A DNA stretch of 64,000 bases from an uncultured delta proteobacterium (GTDB lineage Bacteria; Desulfobacterota; Binatia; UBA9968). Location of the stretch: NCBI GenBank assembly GCA_963840855.1, contig CAWJBB010000050.1, positions 96,001 to 160,000 of the forward strand, read 5' to 3'. A program made the translations under genes and the position numbers. The notes beneath the pieces are model-generated. The model did no database searches and was not told where the DNA came from. It saw only the letters and a program-made list of their open reading frames with translations. Shown piece after piece: positions 49,601 to 59,797 of the stretch (its first letter is position 1; every line of letters begins with the position of its first letter).

Positions 49601-52396
49601 ATGAAAAAGAAGCTTGTCTATCTGTTCGTCTTCGCCACACTCGTTCTTCTGGCTGCGTACCCGTTTCTGGAAGACACTGAACTGGCCAGTTGCCTGGCAT
49701 ATTTCAGCGGCGGAGTTCGCGACGTCGCAGTGGAAAGATCCGAACGCTTCCTCGGCAAAGTTCACCAAGACACCATCCGTTGCCGCGGCGGAAACGATGC
49801 CGTCCCGTGGCGCGCCACGCCGTGGCTCGACTGGCAACGCTACTGGGGCGCGGGCGACGCCGACAGCAAATACACCGGACTCCTGAGCGGTCTCGGCTTT
49901 CTTAGTCCCAATCATAGAGGTATTGGAGGCGCGCTACTCGACCTTGAATACCAGCGCATGGAGCTGCTCAAATTCAATCTTTTCGACAACAGCGGCACGT
50001 TCGAGGATTACGTTCGAAAGGGACAAAGCGACGGCAAGCTGGAACGAATCTGGCCGCAGTTCCGGCTGCCCAAAAATCATGCGTTCTACGCCAAGATCGG
50101 CGGCGATGGCGCGCAGAAATGTTCCGGCGAACTGATTCGTTTTCGCACTCTCGACGGCATCTGCAACGACATCATGAACCCGCTCATGGGCGCCACGGAC
50201 CAACCCTTCGCCCGCAACGTCGACTTTTACAACACGTTTCCGGAACTGAGCACAAAAGACCTCGTAAAAAACCGCCATGGCGATCGAATCGGCTTGCTCA
50301 AACCTGATCCTCAAGTTATCAGCAGAAAACTGTTTACCCGGACTCAATCAGTCCCCGAACAGTGCAATGCCGGCCAAGGGTTAGCCAACGATTCCACCGA
50401 AGCTCATTGCGATTATCAAAAAGCCCCGCATTTGAATGTCCTGGCGGCTTTCTGGATTCAATTCATAACCCATGACTGGTTCTCGCACTTGGACGAAGGC
50501 GAAAACCGGCCTGAACTGATGCCGATGGGTTGCGAGAATATGCGAATGAACGGCTTGGACCAGCCGCTGTCCTCGGATGAGATCGCCAGGTTAGGTTGCC
50601 GCCGCGGCGATCGCATCGACCAAGCCATCATGACCGAGGACGATGCGCCGAAAACCTTCAAACTTGGTGACAAAGAATATCTCTCCCGCGCCCATAAGAC
50701 GACGCCTAACAAAGTCACCGCGTGGTGGGACGCATCGCAGATTTACGGTTACGACGACAGATCGCGACGCCGCGTCAAGCGCGATCCGCGTGACCGCGCC
50801 AAACTACTGCTCGAAATCGTGCCGGAGCGGCGACAAGAACGCATGGGGTACCTACCCATGCTGCGGCCGCCGGACCCAATGAATCCGCAGTGGGCGGGAC
50901 AGGAGGGCGTGGCCTTTCCGGACAATTGGAACATCGGTCTGAGTTTTTTTCACAACCTGTTTGCGCGGGAGCATAATCTATTCGTCGATAATTTTCGCGA
51001 GACCGCCGCGCGCACACCTGATGAAGATTCAGGGCTGCGCAATCCGGCGCGGTTGGATCAGACGATTCGATATAGGGACGTCAGCGACGATGAACTCTTC
51101 GAAGTCGGGCGTCTCGTCATCGCCGCGGAGATCGCCAAGATCCACACCATCGAATGGACGACACAGCTCCTCTACAACGACCCGCTCTATCGGGCCATGA
51201 ATGCCAACTGGTCCGGGCTCCTGAAAAAACACCCTCTGGTCAGTGCGGCTCTAGAACAAGTCGTGCAACGGTTCGCCAATTCAGAAAATGGCCGGAAGTC
51301 CCCCGAGTGGTTCTCCGCTTTCGCCGCAGGCCCCGGCATCTTCGGTCTTGCCAACAAAGGGCCCGACTTCAATGGTGGAGTGCATCATTTTGGCTCGCCT
51401 TTTAATTTTCCAGAAGAGTTTATCAATGCCTACCGGTTACATCCGATGGTCCCCGATCTCATCGAGTATCGCGACCTACTGAGCGATTCGAATGCTATTA
51501 AATTCAAGATTCCGGTGGTGAACACCGTGCGCGGCGACGCAACGCGGGCAATGCGACGGAATGGAATAGCAAATTGGGCAGTGTCGCTGGGACGCCAGCG
51601 GATGGGCAAACTTACTGTCCAGAACCAACCTCTTTTTTTGCAAAACTTGCAGATGCCGCGGCTAAAAAGCGCGACTGGCAAAATCGATGTCTTGGCGTTG
51701 GATATCATTCGCGACCGCGAGCGCGGCATTCCACGCTACAATGAGTTTCGCCGCCAATATGGACTCAAGCAGCTGACGAGCTTCGATGAGTTCATCGATC
51801 CGCGGTTACCGCAAGGCTCAGCCGAGCGCAGGAGACAAGAAAATATCGTAAAGCTGCTGCGGGAGGTCTATGGACAGCATCGCTGCGACAAGACGAAAAT
51901 CATCACCCAAGCGCAGAAAAACTCCGACAGAATCGATATCGACGACTGCCTGGGTCGACTGCATGGGAGCGTGGTGGATAATATTGAAGATGTGGACGCA
52001 TTAGTCGGTTGGCTCGCGGAATTCGTCCGGCCCCACGGTTTCGCCATCTCCGAAACGCAATTCCAGGTATTTATCCTGAATGCCTCACGCCGGCTTTTCA
52101 GCGACCGTTTTTTGACCTCGAGCTTTCGTCCCGAGTTTTATTCCCATCTCGGCGTAAACTGGGTTAACAACAACGGCCCGGAGGGCAAGATTATGGAGAA
52201 AGGCAAACCCAACGGTCACGAGATGGAGGTTTCGCCGCTAAAACGGGTATTGCTTAGAACAGTCCCAGAGCTCCGCGCTGAACTAGAACCCGTGATCAAT
52301 GTGTTTGATCCCTGGGCGCGCGATCGCGGCGAATATTATTCTCTCCAGTGGAAGCCGCGCCCAGGCGCGGAATCCGACGAAGCCTTCAAAAAATGA
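49601..52396 (+). CDS. Animal-heme-peroxidase family oxygenase, alpha-dioxygenase-like, secreted or anchored
   Basis: FRTLDGICND, WIQFITHDW, WWDASQIYG, AKIHTIEWT, EEFINAYRLHP, RDRERGIPRYNEFRR. Confidence 0.9.
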   Translation: MKKKLVYLFVFATLVLLAAYPFLEDTELASCLAYFSGGVRDVAVERSERFLGKVHQDTIRCRGGNDAVPWRATPWLDWQRYWGAGDADSKYTGLLSGLGFLSPNHRGIGGALLDLEYQRMELLKFNLFDNSGTFEDYVRKGQSDGKLERIWPQFRLPKNHAFYAKIGGDGAQKCSGELIRFRTLDGICNDIMNPLMGATDQPFARNVDFYNTFPELSTKDLVKNRHGDRIGLLKPDPQVISRKLFTRTQSVPEQCNAGQGLANDSTEAHCDYQKAPHLNVLAAFWIQFITHDWFSHLDEGENRPELMPMGCENMRMNGLDQPLSSDEIARLGCRRGDRIDQAIMTEDDAPKTFKLGDKEYLSRAHKTTPNKVTAWWDASQIYGYDDRSRRRVKRDPRDRAKLLLEIVPERRQERMGYLPMLRPPDPMNPQWAGQEGVAFPDNWNIGLSFFHNLFAREHNLFVDNFRETAARTPDEDSGLRNPARLDQTIRYRDVSDDELFEVGRLVIAAEIAKIHTIEWTTQLLYNDPLYRAMNANWSGLLKKHPLVSAALEQVVQRFANSENGRKSPEWFSAFAAGPGIFGLANKGPDFNGGVHHFGSPFNFPEEFINAYRLHPMVPDLIEYRDLLSDSNAIKFKIPVVNTVRGDATRAMRRNGIANWAVSLGRQRMGKLTVQNQPLFLQNLQMPRLKSATGKIDVLALDIIRDRERGIPRYNEFRRQYGLKQLTSFDEFIDPRLPQGSAERRRQENIVKLLREVYGQHRCDKTKIITQAQKNSDRIDIDDCLGRLHGSVVDNIEDVDALVGWLAEFVRPHGFAISETQFQVFILNASRRLFSDRFLTSSFRPEFYSHLGVNWVNNNGPEGKIMEKGKPNGHEMEVSPLKRVLLRTVPELRAELEPVINVFDPWARDRGEYYSLQWKPRPGAESDEAFKK

Positions 52397-52412
52397 ATTT
52401 TCTTTCCTCCCA

Positions 52413-53195
52413 TTACTTCCCGCGGGCCTTTCTCAGCGCGGCTGCCGTCGCCGCGCCGAAGCGCTTGTATCGGATGGCGCGCCGCGCGCCTTTGGCCTTC
52501 ATCTTGACGGCCATGCGCTCTTCGGCTTTGCTATCGCCTTTGTGCGAGAACGTTTCATGCTCGCCGCTCTGCGGGTTGAAAAAGCCCACGTAGCCGCCGG
52601 GATTCACACTGAAGGACTTGAGGGTTTTGCCGTCGTGCGGGCGGCCAAGAAAGTCGTTGCGCCCGCCGACTTCCTCGCTGCTGGTGAAATAAAGCGGCAG
52701 GACGAAATTCGATACCGCCACGCCGTCGATCTCGTAAGTCTCCGCTTGCACGGCGTCGCACATCTCGTACCAGTGAAAAACGTCTTGCTTAGAATTACCT
52801 GGATGCGGCCCGGCGACCAGTAAATTCACTTCCGGATCGCCGATCAATTCGAGCGCCTCGTGAGACAATGTCACCGTCCAGCTTTCGCCCAACTCTTTTG
52901 ATAGTTCGGTGAATACAAAACCGAACGGAATGCCGTGGTTGTTTCGATCGTGGTATCCCAAGGCGTTGGCGACGTTAACGTTGTCCCAAAGATAGATCAC
53001 AGCGTCGCCGCGCAAATCCGCCGGCTCCATGGGTTTTGGCTTGTTCCCCGTCTTTCCTTCGAGCCTCAGAGTCGCGCCGAGACTCCAGTAAGGTTCGAAG
53101 TCTTCCTTGACCTGGCGGTTGATGGCGCGCAGCACATGTTGCACATCCTCGTCGCTGAGCTTGCCATTGGTATGGTTGATAATCGAAATAATCAT
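52413..53195 (-). CDS. Hypothetical protein, putative metallo-hydrolase
   Basis: ALGYH, TLSHEALE, EMCDAV; GAGGAGG RBS before ATG 53195. Confidence 0.7.
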   Translation of the reverse strand: MIISIINHTNGKLSDEDVQHVLRAINRQVKEDFEPYWSLGATLRLEGKTGNKPKPMEPADLRGDAVIYLWDNVNVANALGYHDRNNHGIPFGFVFTELSKELGESWTVTLSHEALELIGDPEVNLLVAGPHPGNSKQDVFHWYEMCDAVQAETYEIDGVAVSNFVLPLYFTSSEEVGGRNDFLGRPHDGKTLKSFSVNPGGYVGFFNPQSGEHETFSHKGDSKAEERMAVKMKAKGARRAIRYKRFGAATAAALRKARGK

Positions 53196-53209
53196 GAAGA
53201 CCTCCTCGA

Positions 53210-55066
53210 TCAAATTTTTTTGTCCGACAGAATCACATCGGCGGCTTTTTCGCCGATCATATAGATCGCGCTGACGATGAAAAATCCGGGAATGCGCGGA
53301 AACACCGAAGCGTCCACGACGCGTAGCCCTTGCGTGCCATGCACGCGAAAATCGCTGCTTAACACCCCGCCCTTTTCTTCTGGGCCGATTTGGCACGTGC
53401 ACGAGGCGTGATGACCCCAGGCATTATTACGCACGAACTCTTTGAGATCGTCGTCCGACTGGCGGCGGTCGCCCGGCAACTCCTCCGCGGCGATTAGCCC
53501 TTGCTCTCGGAGGTCCTTGGTCATTGCCCGAACGAAGTGTATTCCTTCCACGACGGCGGCCAAATCTTTTTCCTGATTGTCGCTGCCCTCATCAAAATAA
53601 TGAAAGTTTATCTTTGGCGGCACCCGTGGATCAGACGATTGTAAAGTAACCTTGCCGCGATTGTTTAGCGTGCGGGCCTTCAAAATAATCCAACTCAGAT
53701 AATTCTGGTACTCAGCGAGTAGTTTCGAATAACCGGGAAAGTATCCTTTGAACTTGCCCACCATTCCGAGACAGAACAGATCTGGCAGCTGATCTTGCTT
53801 GGATTTTTTTATAACGGCGAGCACGCCGCCGTTAGTCGTGTACACCCCTCTCCTTTTTTTCTGATCCCACTCTCGATACTGCGGATCTCCCTGAGAGAAC
53901 TTGCTTCCCGCCAGCATCTGCCAATCGTTTTTCATGCGATTGACGACGCTTACCTCGTAGCGGTCTTGCAGGTTCTTGCCGACTCCCGGAAGATGGTTCC
54001 GGACTTCAATACCGTATCGCTCCAATTCCTCCCGGGGGCCGACACCCGATAGCATCAAGAGCTGCGGCGTATTGAACGCACCGCCACAAAGGATAACCTC
54101 CTTTGCCCCGTAAGCCTGACGTCTTTCACCCGCGTCGTTGCTCGGATTTGCGTGGGCCCGATAGAGACGCTCACCTTTTAGATATTCCACGCCGATGGCC
54201 CGATTCCGGCCTTCGAAGAGGACTCGAGTAACCAGCGCGTCGAATTCGATTTGCAGTTTGTCCGGAAACTTATTGGCCACGCTCAAGACCCGTTCCCGGC
54301 TGCCGACGCGCGCATGGCCCTGTGTGGTAAGCGGCACCATGCGAAGGCCGTATGCATTCGCGCTAACCAGCCGCCAGTCATTAGGATCGCCGCGCGTTTT
54401 GACGAACCAACGTAGCCGCTTCAGCCGATCGCCGATTTCGAATGACGCGTCGACAGCCGACTCCTCCAACACTTGCCTCAGACCGCGCACGCCCAGCGCT
54501 TCCATGGGAATCGCCAACTCGGTCGTCAGCCAACCGCTGAATCCGTGGCGGGAGGGGTTGAAGCCGGTTAATGCCGCGATCCATCGTTTCAGCGGCCGGT
54601 GGCGGCAGTCTTCGAGGCGTTCAAAGTAGCGGCGCATCTTCGAGGCCTGCCAGGACAAGTCGCCGGTCAACTTCGCGATGTCATCCCAATCGGCGTTGTG
54701 CGGATAAACCAGGATCATGGCGTTGTGCGCCGTGCAGCCGCCGAGGGTCGCGGCCCGCGGATAAAGAACCCCGTCGCGCTCCTTCGTAAACTTCTCGTCT
54801 TTTAGCTGGCGCTCGTCGCCACCGTAATGGCGCACGAAAAAATCCCAGCGCATCGCCGGGTTTTCCGAGGCAAAGGCGTGAAAGGCGGGAACTTGGTAGT
54901 CTCCGGGAAGTCTTGAATCGGTTAATTTACAAGGGTCGCCTCCGGCTTCGAGGAGGAGGACTTTCCGGCCCGCTTCGGCCAACCGCGCCGCCAACGTACC
55001 CCCGCCCGCGCCCGAACCGACGACGATATAATCATGCGCCGCGGCTCGGTTATCCGCTGCATCCAT
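53210..55066 (-). CDS. GMC family oxidoreductase
   Basis: GSGAGGG, LGGCTAHN, GAFNTPQLLMLSG, HHASCT, VVDAS. Confidence 0.93.
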   Translation of the reverse strand: MDAADNRAAAHDYIVVGSGAGGGTLAARLAEAGRKVLLLEAGGDPCKLTDSRLPGDYQVPAFHAFASENPAMRWDFFVRHYGGDERQLKDEKFTKERDGVLYPRAATLGGCTAHNAMILVYPHNADWDDIAKLTGDLSWQASKMRRYFERLEDCRHRPLKRWIAALTGFNPSRHGFSGWLTTELAIPMEALGVRGLRQVLEESAVDASFEIGDRLKRLRWFVKTRGDPNDWRLVSANAYGLRMVPLTTQGHARVGSRERVLSVANKFPDKLQIEFDALVTRVLFEGRNRAIGVEYLKGERLYRAHANPSNDAGERRQAYGAKEVILCGGAFNTPQLLMLSGVGPREELERYGIEVRNHLPGVGKNLQDRYEVSVVNRMKNDWQMLAGSKFSQGDPQYREWDQKKRRGVYTTNGGVLAVIKKSKQDQLPDLFCLGMVGKFKGYFPGYSKLLAEYQNYLSWIILKARTLNNRGKVTLQSSDPRVPPKINFHYFDEGSDNQEKDLAAVVEGIHFVRAMTKDLREQGLIAAEELPGDRRQSDDDLKEFVRNNAWGHHASCTCQIGPEEKGGVLSSDFRVHGTQGLRVVDASVFPRIPGFFIVSAIYMIGEKAADVILSDKKI

Positions 55067-55081
55067 GCGAATCGGTACTTT

Positions 55082-57559
55082 CTAGAAGGTCTTCAAATAC
55101 TCGATCAGGGCCCGCTTGTCGTCGTCGCTTATCGGCGGCTCTTCCTTGAAAAAGCTCGTGCCAAAATAGTGGCCTTTGTTGACGACGTAGTCGGGACATT
55201 TGCTGAGGTCGATGAGCTTTTTGACCAACTCCTTGTCCTCCCTGAATACTTTCGCCGCTTCTTCGTCGCTGGCCCCGGCGACTCTTTTCAGCTTGGCTTT
55301 GATATCGAGCAAAACGCCGATCAGTTTCGCTTTGTCCGGCGTGTTCTGCAATATGCGATCAAGGTCGATGTTGGTGAGCAAGCTCACGGGCGTTCCCTTT
55401 GGTATCGGGCCGATTTGGATCACTTCTTCGCCGAAGAGCCAGGGAATCCAGCGATGGAGCCAGGGAAGCCAGCGTTCACTCCAACTCAGCAGATCGCCTA
55501 GAGCCTCGGGCAAGAACCCCGGAGCGATTTTAATATAACTTTTACGTGTCGGTGCGATAAATAAAACCCGGAACGTCGAGCGCTCTAGACTCGGCAAGCC
55601 GAGCTCTTAATGACATCTGGGTCTTTATTGCGCTTTTCCGGCCAGAGCATTTGTTCGATGGAATCGTTGAACGAATCTATTCGCGCCTCGACGAAGGCTC
55701 TCAGTGGAATTTCCCCACCGAGTTATTGAGCAAAAACGGCGCCGTGGACCACAAGCTGATCAGCGACGGCACGCGCGTATAACCACGGCCGTTGCCGGGC
55801 AATTCGTAGTCAAACGTTGAGCCGTCGATAGGATTATGCAGTGTCATTTTCCCGACGGCCGGCAGGTCCTTATAAGTCTGCGAGGAGAAATTGTCCCAGA
55901 TATTTCTGTTGAGAGCATTGGTTGCCAGCGGGCTACACGCGTTAGTCTGGAGCAGCGTCACCGGGATGCGGCGCTCCGTGGATAAATAGTTGTCCGCAAG
56001 AAAATCATCCGCCATGACCATCGCCGTCATTTTCTTTCTAAAGTCGTCGGTCTTGGTCCACTTCCAATACTGGTCCCAGTTTTGTTCATCGACACCCGCC
56101 GGCGGTTCGGGAATCTTGCTCGAATGGCAGCGCGCGCAATACTGGGCGAACACCGTCTTGCCGCGCGCTAGTTTGGCTTTGTCCTGCGTCAGATACTGTT
56201 CGCCGCCTGGAGCATTCTTGAGCAAGTCCGGCTGCGCCGTTTTGAGAAAAAACAACGCCACGTCCGCGGTCTGGGCGACGGTCGCGTTCCAGTAGCTTGA
56301 ATTCTTTTCGGCATCTTCGATTCTAATAGGCGTGATCGGTTTTCCGCCGACCAGTGCATTAAAATGGAGCAGCCATTCCTCGCTGAAGAGGCCAATATTG
56401 ATGAAGACACGGTTCAACGCGCCCAGTATGCCTACAGAGTCGGAGCCGTCTTTGAGCACCCGCGGGGTCCAAACGGTATCCGGCGCTTTGTAGAACATTC
56501 GAGAGTTCGGCAGTCTGCTTGAAATCCTGGAACTGCTTATTCTTAAGTCCGCCTCCGGCCAGTTTTTCCTGCCCCCAGCGCAAGGCGGGTCCAAGTCGCG
56601 GTCGGATGCTGTAGACGGCGTTCATCGTGCGCGGGTTATTGATGTAATCGGTGGAAATAAACGAGGTATCCAAGAGTTCCCGGAAACGAGGTGTGAATCA
56701 ATTGATAAATGAAATTATCCTGGTCCTTTTGCCAGTTCCAAAACAGTATCCGGTCCACCCAGAAATATTGCGCCCCGGGATTGGAATTGAGATTTTCCCA
56801 CTTGGGATTTTCCGGATCTTCCGGAGGTTTAACCGGGCTCGGCCCCACGTGGCAAAAGCCGCAGGACATGCCGACGCGGTAAGGGCGAATTAGATTCTTA
56901 TCGTTGTAGTATTTCGTGTCGGTGTAAAATTTTTCGGCGTCCCACTTCTTTTGCGCCGCCTCATCGAAATCCGGATTGGGGAAAAGGCGCAGGCCGACGA
57001 TTCCCGACGCATAACCGTAATACGATCCTACCGGAACATTTTTTCCCCGGGCGCCGATTTTGACCCCGGGATATTTCTGCTCGTTCTCGAACGGGTCGGG
57101 CGGACAATCCTTAAGGCGCGTGTCGAGCCACAAGCCAAAGCGGTCGGTGCTCGGTCCCTTGGGCTTTTCGAAGCAGGGCTCGTTTACGAGACCGAGATTC
57201 CGCCAGCGCGTGTCGCGGCTCAGATGAACGACTTTCGGATGCGACGAGACAATTTTCAATAGATCGACAACACCAAAGCTCTTACTTACGAGGTGATCCC
57301 AGAAGCGGTCGTTGCCACCGGTCCAAACGATCCAATTATTGCGCCCTTTGACCTCGTTAATCGTTAGCGCAACACCGCCGTCCATGTCTTTGAAATAATC
57401 TTCGTCCGCGGCGGGAAAGCTTTCGGCTTTGCGTTCGGCCCTCATCGCCTCGTCCAGAACCCCGCCGGGCTCGGGCTTGGAATCTTTCTTGCCGCAGTTT
57501 GCGGAGAATAACGCGATGACGAGCACCGCGAGCAGGCGAAACGATTGTCCCCTTATCAT
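55082..57559 (-). CDS. Large di-heme cytochrome c lipoprotein (RoxA-like architecture), frameshifted
   Basis: SANC lipobox, CGFCH and CARCH, PSLISLWSTAPFLLNNS, NKGHYFG...LIEYLKTF across ORFs 56636, 56359, 55701, 55082. Confidence 0.8.
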
Positions 57560-57823
57560 GGCTCCTCCTCCCAAATGCCCAGCCGCCGAACCGCGGCCGT
57601 GCGTAACGTCAATCGCCGTACCCGATGCCCATCAATATTCAAATCCCATACCGCAAATGTCGCTCACAAGGCAAGATTTTTTTCGCCCTCCAGGGCGTTT
57701 TTCTCTGCCCGCACTTCGCACCACTTCTAAAGAGCTGGCTTCGCCCGCCGAACATTAGATGAGGACGGCTCGCGTCTCGAACACGCCATCGTTATCCCCA
57801 CATTCGAGATAACCAAGGAAGGA

Positions 57824-59635
57824 TTGGGCATGGATTGGTACATTTCCAAGCAGGGAGTCAAAGCGGGGCCTTACTCCGACACGCAAATCCAGGCGCTTCT
57901 CCAAGAAGGCCGCCTGGCTCCGAACCATCTCGCGTGGCGTTTCGGACTTGCCGGGTGGACGCCGATTCGCAAGCTTTCGGAGCTGCGCGACTCTGCTTCG
58001 TCTCATGCGCAGAGCGCGCAGCTCTTTCACCTAGTTACGGCAACCGAAACCGATCGGGCTACCGCTCGCCTTCCCGAGCGTGCTTCGGTAAAAATCCGGC
58101 GCGATTCCTATTGCGCGCGCCATTGGCGCGGCGAGCTATCGCTTCCCGTAAGTTTCTGGATCAACGGTAACTTTGTCAGTCTGGCACTGGTCGCATTAGT
58201 TATGGCCGTCGCTGCGACGGACGCGGTCAATGAAATGCCGCGGTGGTTTGCCGCGGGCGGAGTCGCTTATTGGTTGCTCCTCGCCGTCATGACCGTGTGG
58301 CAAATGGTCGGCGTCTGGCGTTCGGCGGAAAAATATCTTGCGGCGGGAAAATCGCAATGCTGGGGCCGCTTGGCGCTGGTGATGGTTATCCTCGGTATCT
58401 TCGCTTCGATTTTCAACCTCAGCATGGTCGGGGTGCCCCAAACGATGGAATTTGCTCAACTCGCGCTGGGCAGGGATCCCATTGGCTCCTACCAGCTGCG
58501 CTTGTTGCGCGACGCTACCGAGCTGGAAGTGTCGGGAGGGATTATTTTTGGTTTGACCGACGAAGTCGCCAAGACACTCGATGGCAACCCCGAGGTCAAG
58601 ATCATTCACCTCAACAGTCATGGCGGCCGGGTCGGGGAAGCGCGCAGGCTGCGCAATCTAATTGTTAGACGCAAGCTCGCGACTTTCACAGCGGCAGGAT
58701 GTTTTAGCGCCTGCACATTGGCCTATGCCGCAGGCGAGCGCCGCCTTATTGGCAGAAACGCAAGCCTGGGATTTCACCAATACGCCTTTCCAGGGGTCCA
58801 GCAGAGAGCGTTTCGGCGCCAATATGAAAAGGATAAAAACGACTGGCTGGCGCGCGGAATCGATCGCGCCTTCGTGGAGCGCGCCTACGCCACGGCGCAC
58901 AACGACTTGTGGCGACCGGGGCATGCCGAACTTTTCGCGGCGGGCTTTGTAACAGGCTATCCTGACAGCAATGAAGTGACCCTGTTGGGCATTCCCGATC
59001 GGCAGTCCGCCAAGTTGGAAGCCGAACTGAGCAAGCATGTGCTCTTTGCCGCGCTCAAAAAGCACGAGCCCGGCGTTTACCGTCGCGTCGTCGCTGAACT
59101 TGGAAACGGCCTCAAAGGGGGTCGGAGCCAGACCGAGCTCAGGGAAACTCTCTCTCCGGTCGCCCAATCGGTGTACCGAAAAAAACTGCCCCACGCATCC
59201 AACATCGCCCTGCTCGGCTTTACCGATCTTTTCATCGAGCAAACTGAGGCGCTTTACAACAACGATCCCGCGCTCTGTTACCAATACGTTTACGAGGCCG
59301 GACAAGGCCGTGGCGCCGAGATCAACAAATCCTTCTCCCAAGAACTGCAGGAAAAAGAAATGTTTGTGCTGGTTGAAGTAATTCGCTCCACCGCCGCGCA
59401 GGTACCGCCGGCGCCGGCGCAAGAACAGGTCCAGGAGCAGCTCAAAGCGGTATTTGCCACGCTGACCGAGCACCACGGCAAAAAAGATGTCGCGCTGCTC
59501 ACGAATCCGGCGCGGGGCAAATCCGATCCCGCGAAGATGTGCGTTCTGACCCGCGAGCTGTACCAAAACATCCGTAAGCTTCCCGAAGAGCAGTCGGCCA
59601 TGGTGCTCAGATTCATGTTCGCGAACGCAAAATAA
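57824..59635 (+). CDS. GYF_2 (DUF4339) + transmembrane + ClpP/crotonase-like (COG3904-like) fusion protein
   Basis: WYI..GPY..L.W..G..GW; three TM-like segments; LNSHGG, CFSAC, LGFHQ. Confidence 0.8.
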   Translation: MGMDWYISKQGVKAGPYSDTQIQALLQEGRLAPNHLAWRFGLAGWTPIRKLSELRDSASSHAQSAQLFHLVTATETDRATARLPERASVKIRRDSYCARHWRGELSLPVSFWINGNFVSLALVALVMAVAATDAVNEMPRWFAAGGVAYWLLLAVMTVWQMVGVWRSAEKYLAAGKSQCWGRLALVMVILGIFASIFNLSMVGVPQTMEFAQLALGRDPIGSYQLRLLRDATELEVSGGIIFGLTDEVAKTLDGNPEVKIIHLNSHGGRVGEARRLRNLIVRRKLATFTAAGCFSACTLAYAAGERRLIGRNASLGFHQYAFPGVQQRAFRRQYEKDKNDWLARGIDRAFVERAYATAHNDLWRPGHAELFAAGFVTGYPDSNEVTLLGIPDRQSAKLEAELSKHVLFAALKKHEPGVYRRVVAELGNGLKGGRSQTELRETLSPVAQSVYRKKLPHASNIALLGFTDLFIEQTEALYNNDPALCYQYVYEAGQGRGAEINKSFSQELQEKEMFVLVEVIRSTAAQVPPAPAQEQVQEQLKAVFATLTEHHGKKDVALLTNPARGKSDPAKMCVLTRELYQNIRKLPEEQSAMVLRFMFANAK

Positions 59636-59797
59636 GCAAGACCTCAACGTTATAATTTTCCCCGCTTTGCTTGACAACCTCTTTGGCCCTGCCATAACTT
59701 CGCTCTGTCACGCCGTTTCGCGATCCATAGATGCGAAATCTCAAATGGCGAAAAATTCGGCATGACGGCAAGACCCTCCAATGAAAGGAGTATTTCC

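Noticed and set aside
55082-57574. Four separate genes (55082, 55701, 56359, 56636)
   Set aside because: They read as consecutive parts of one di-heme protein split by indels.
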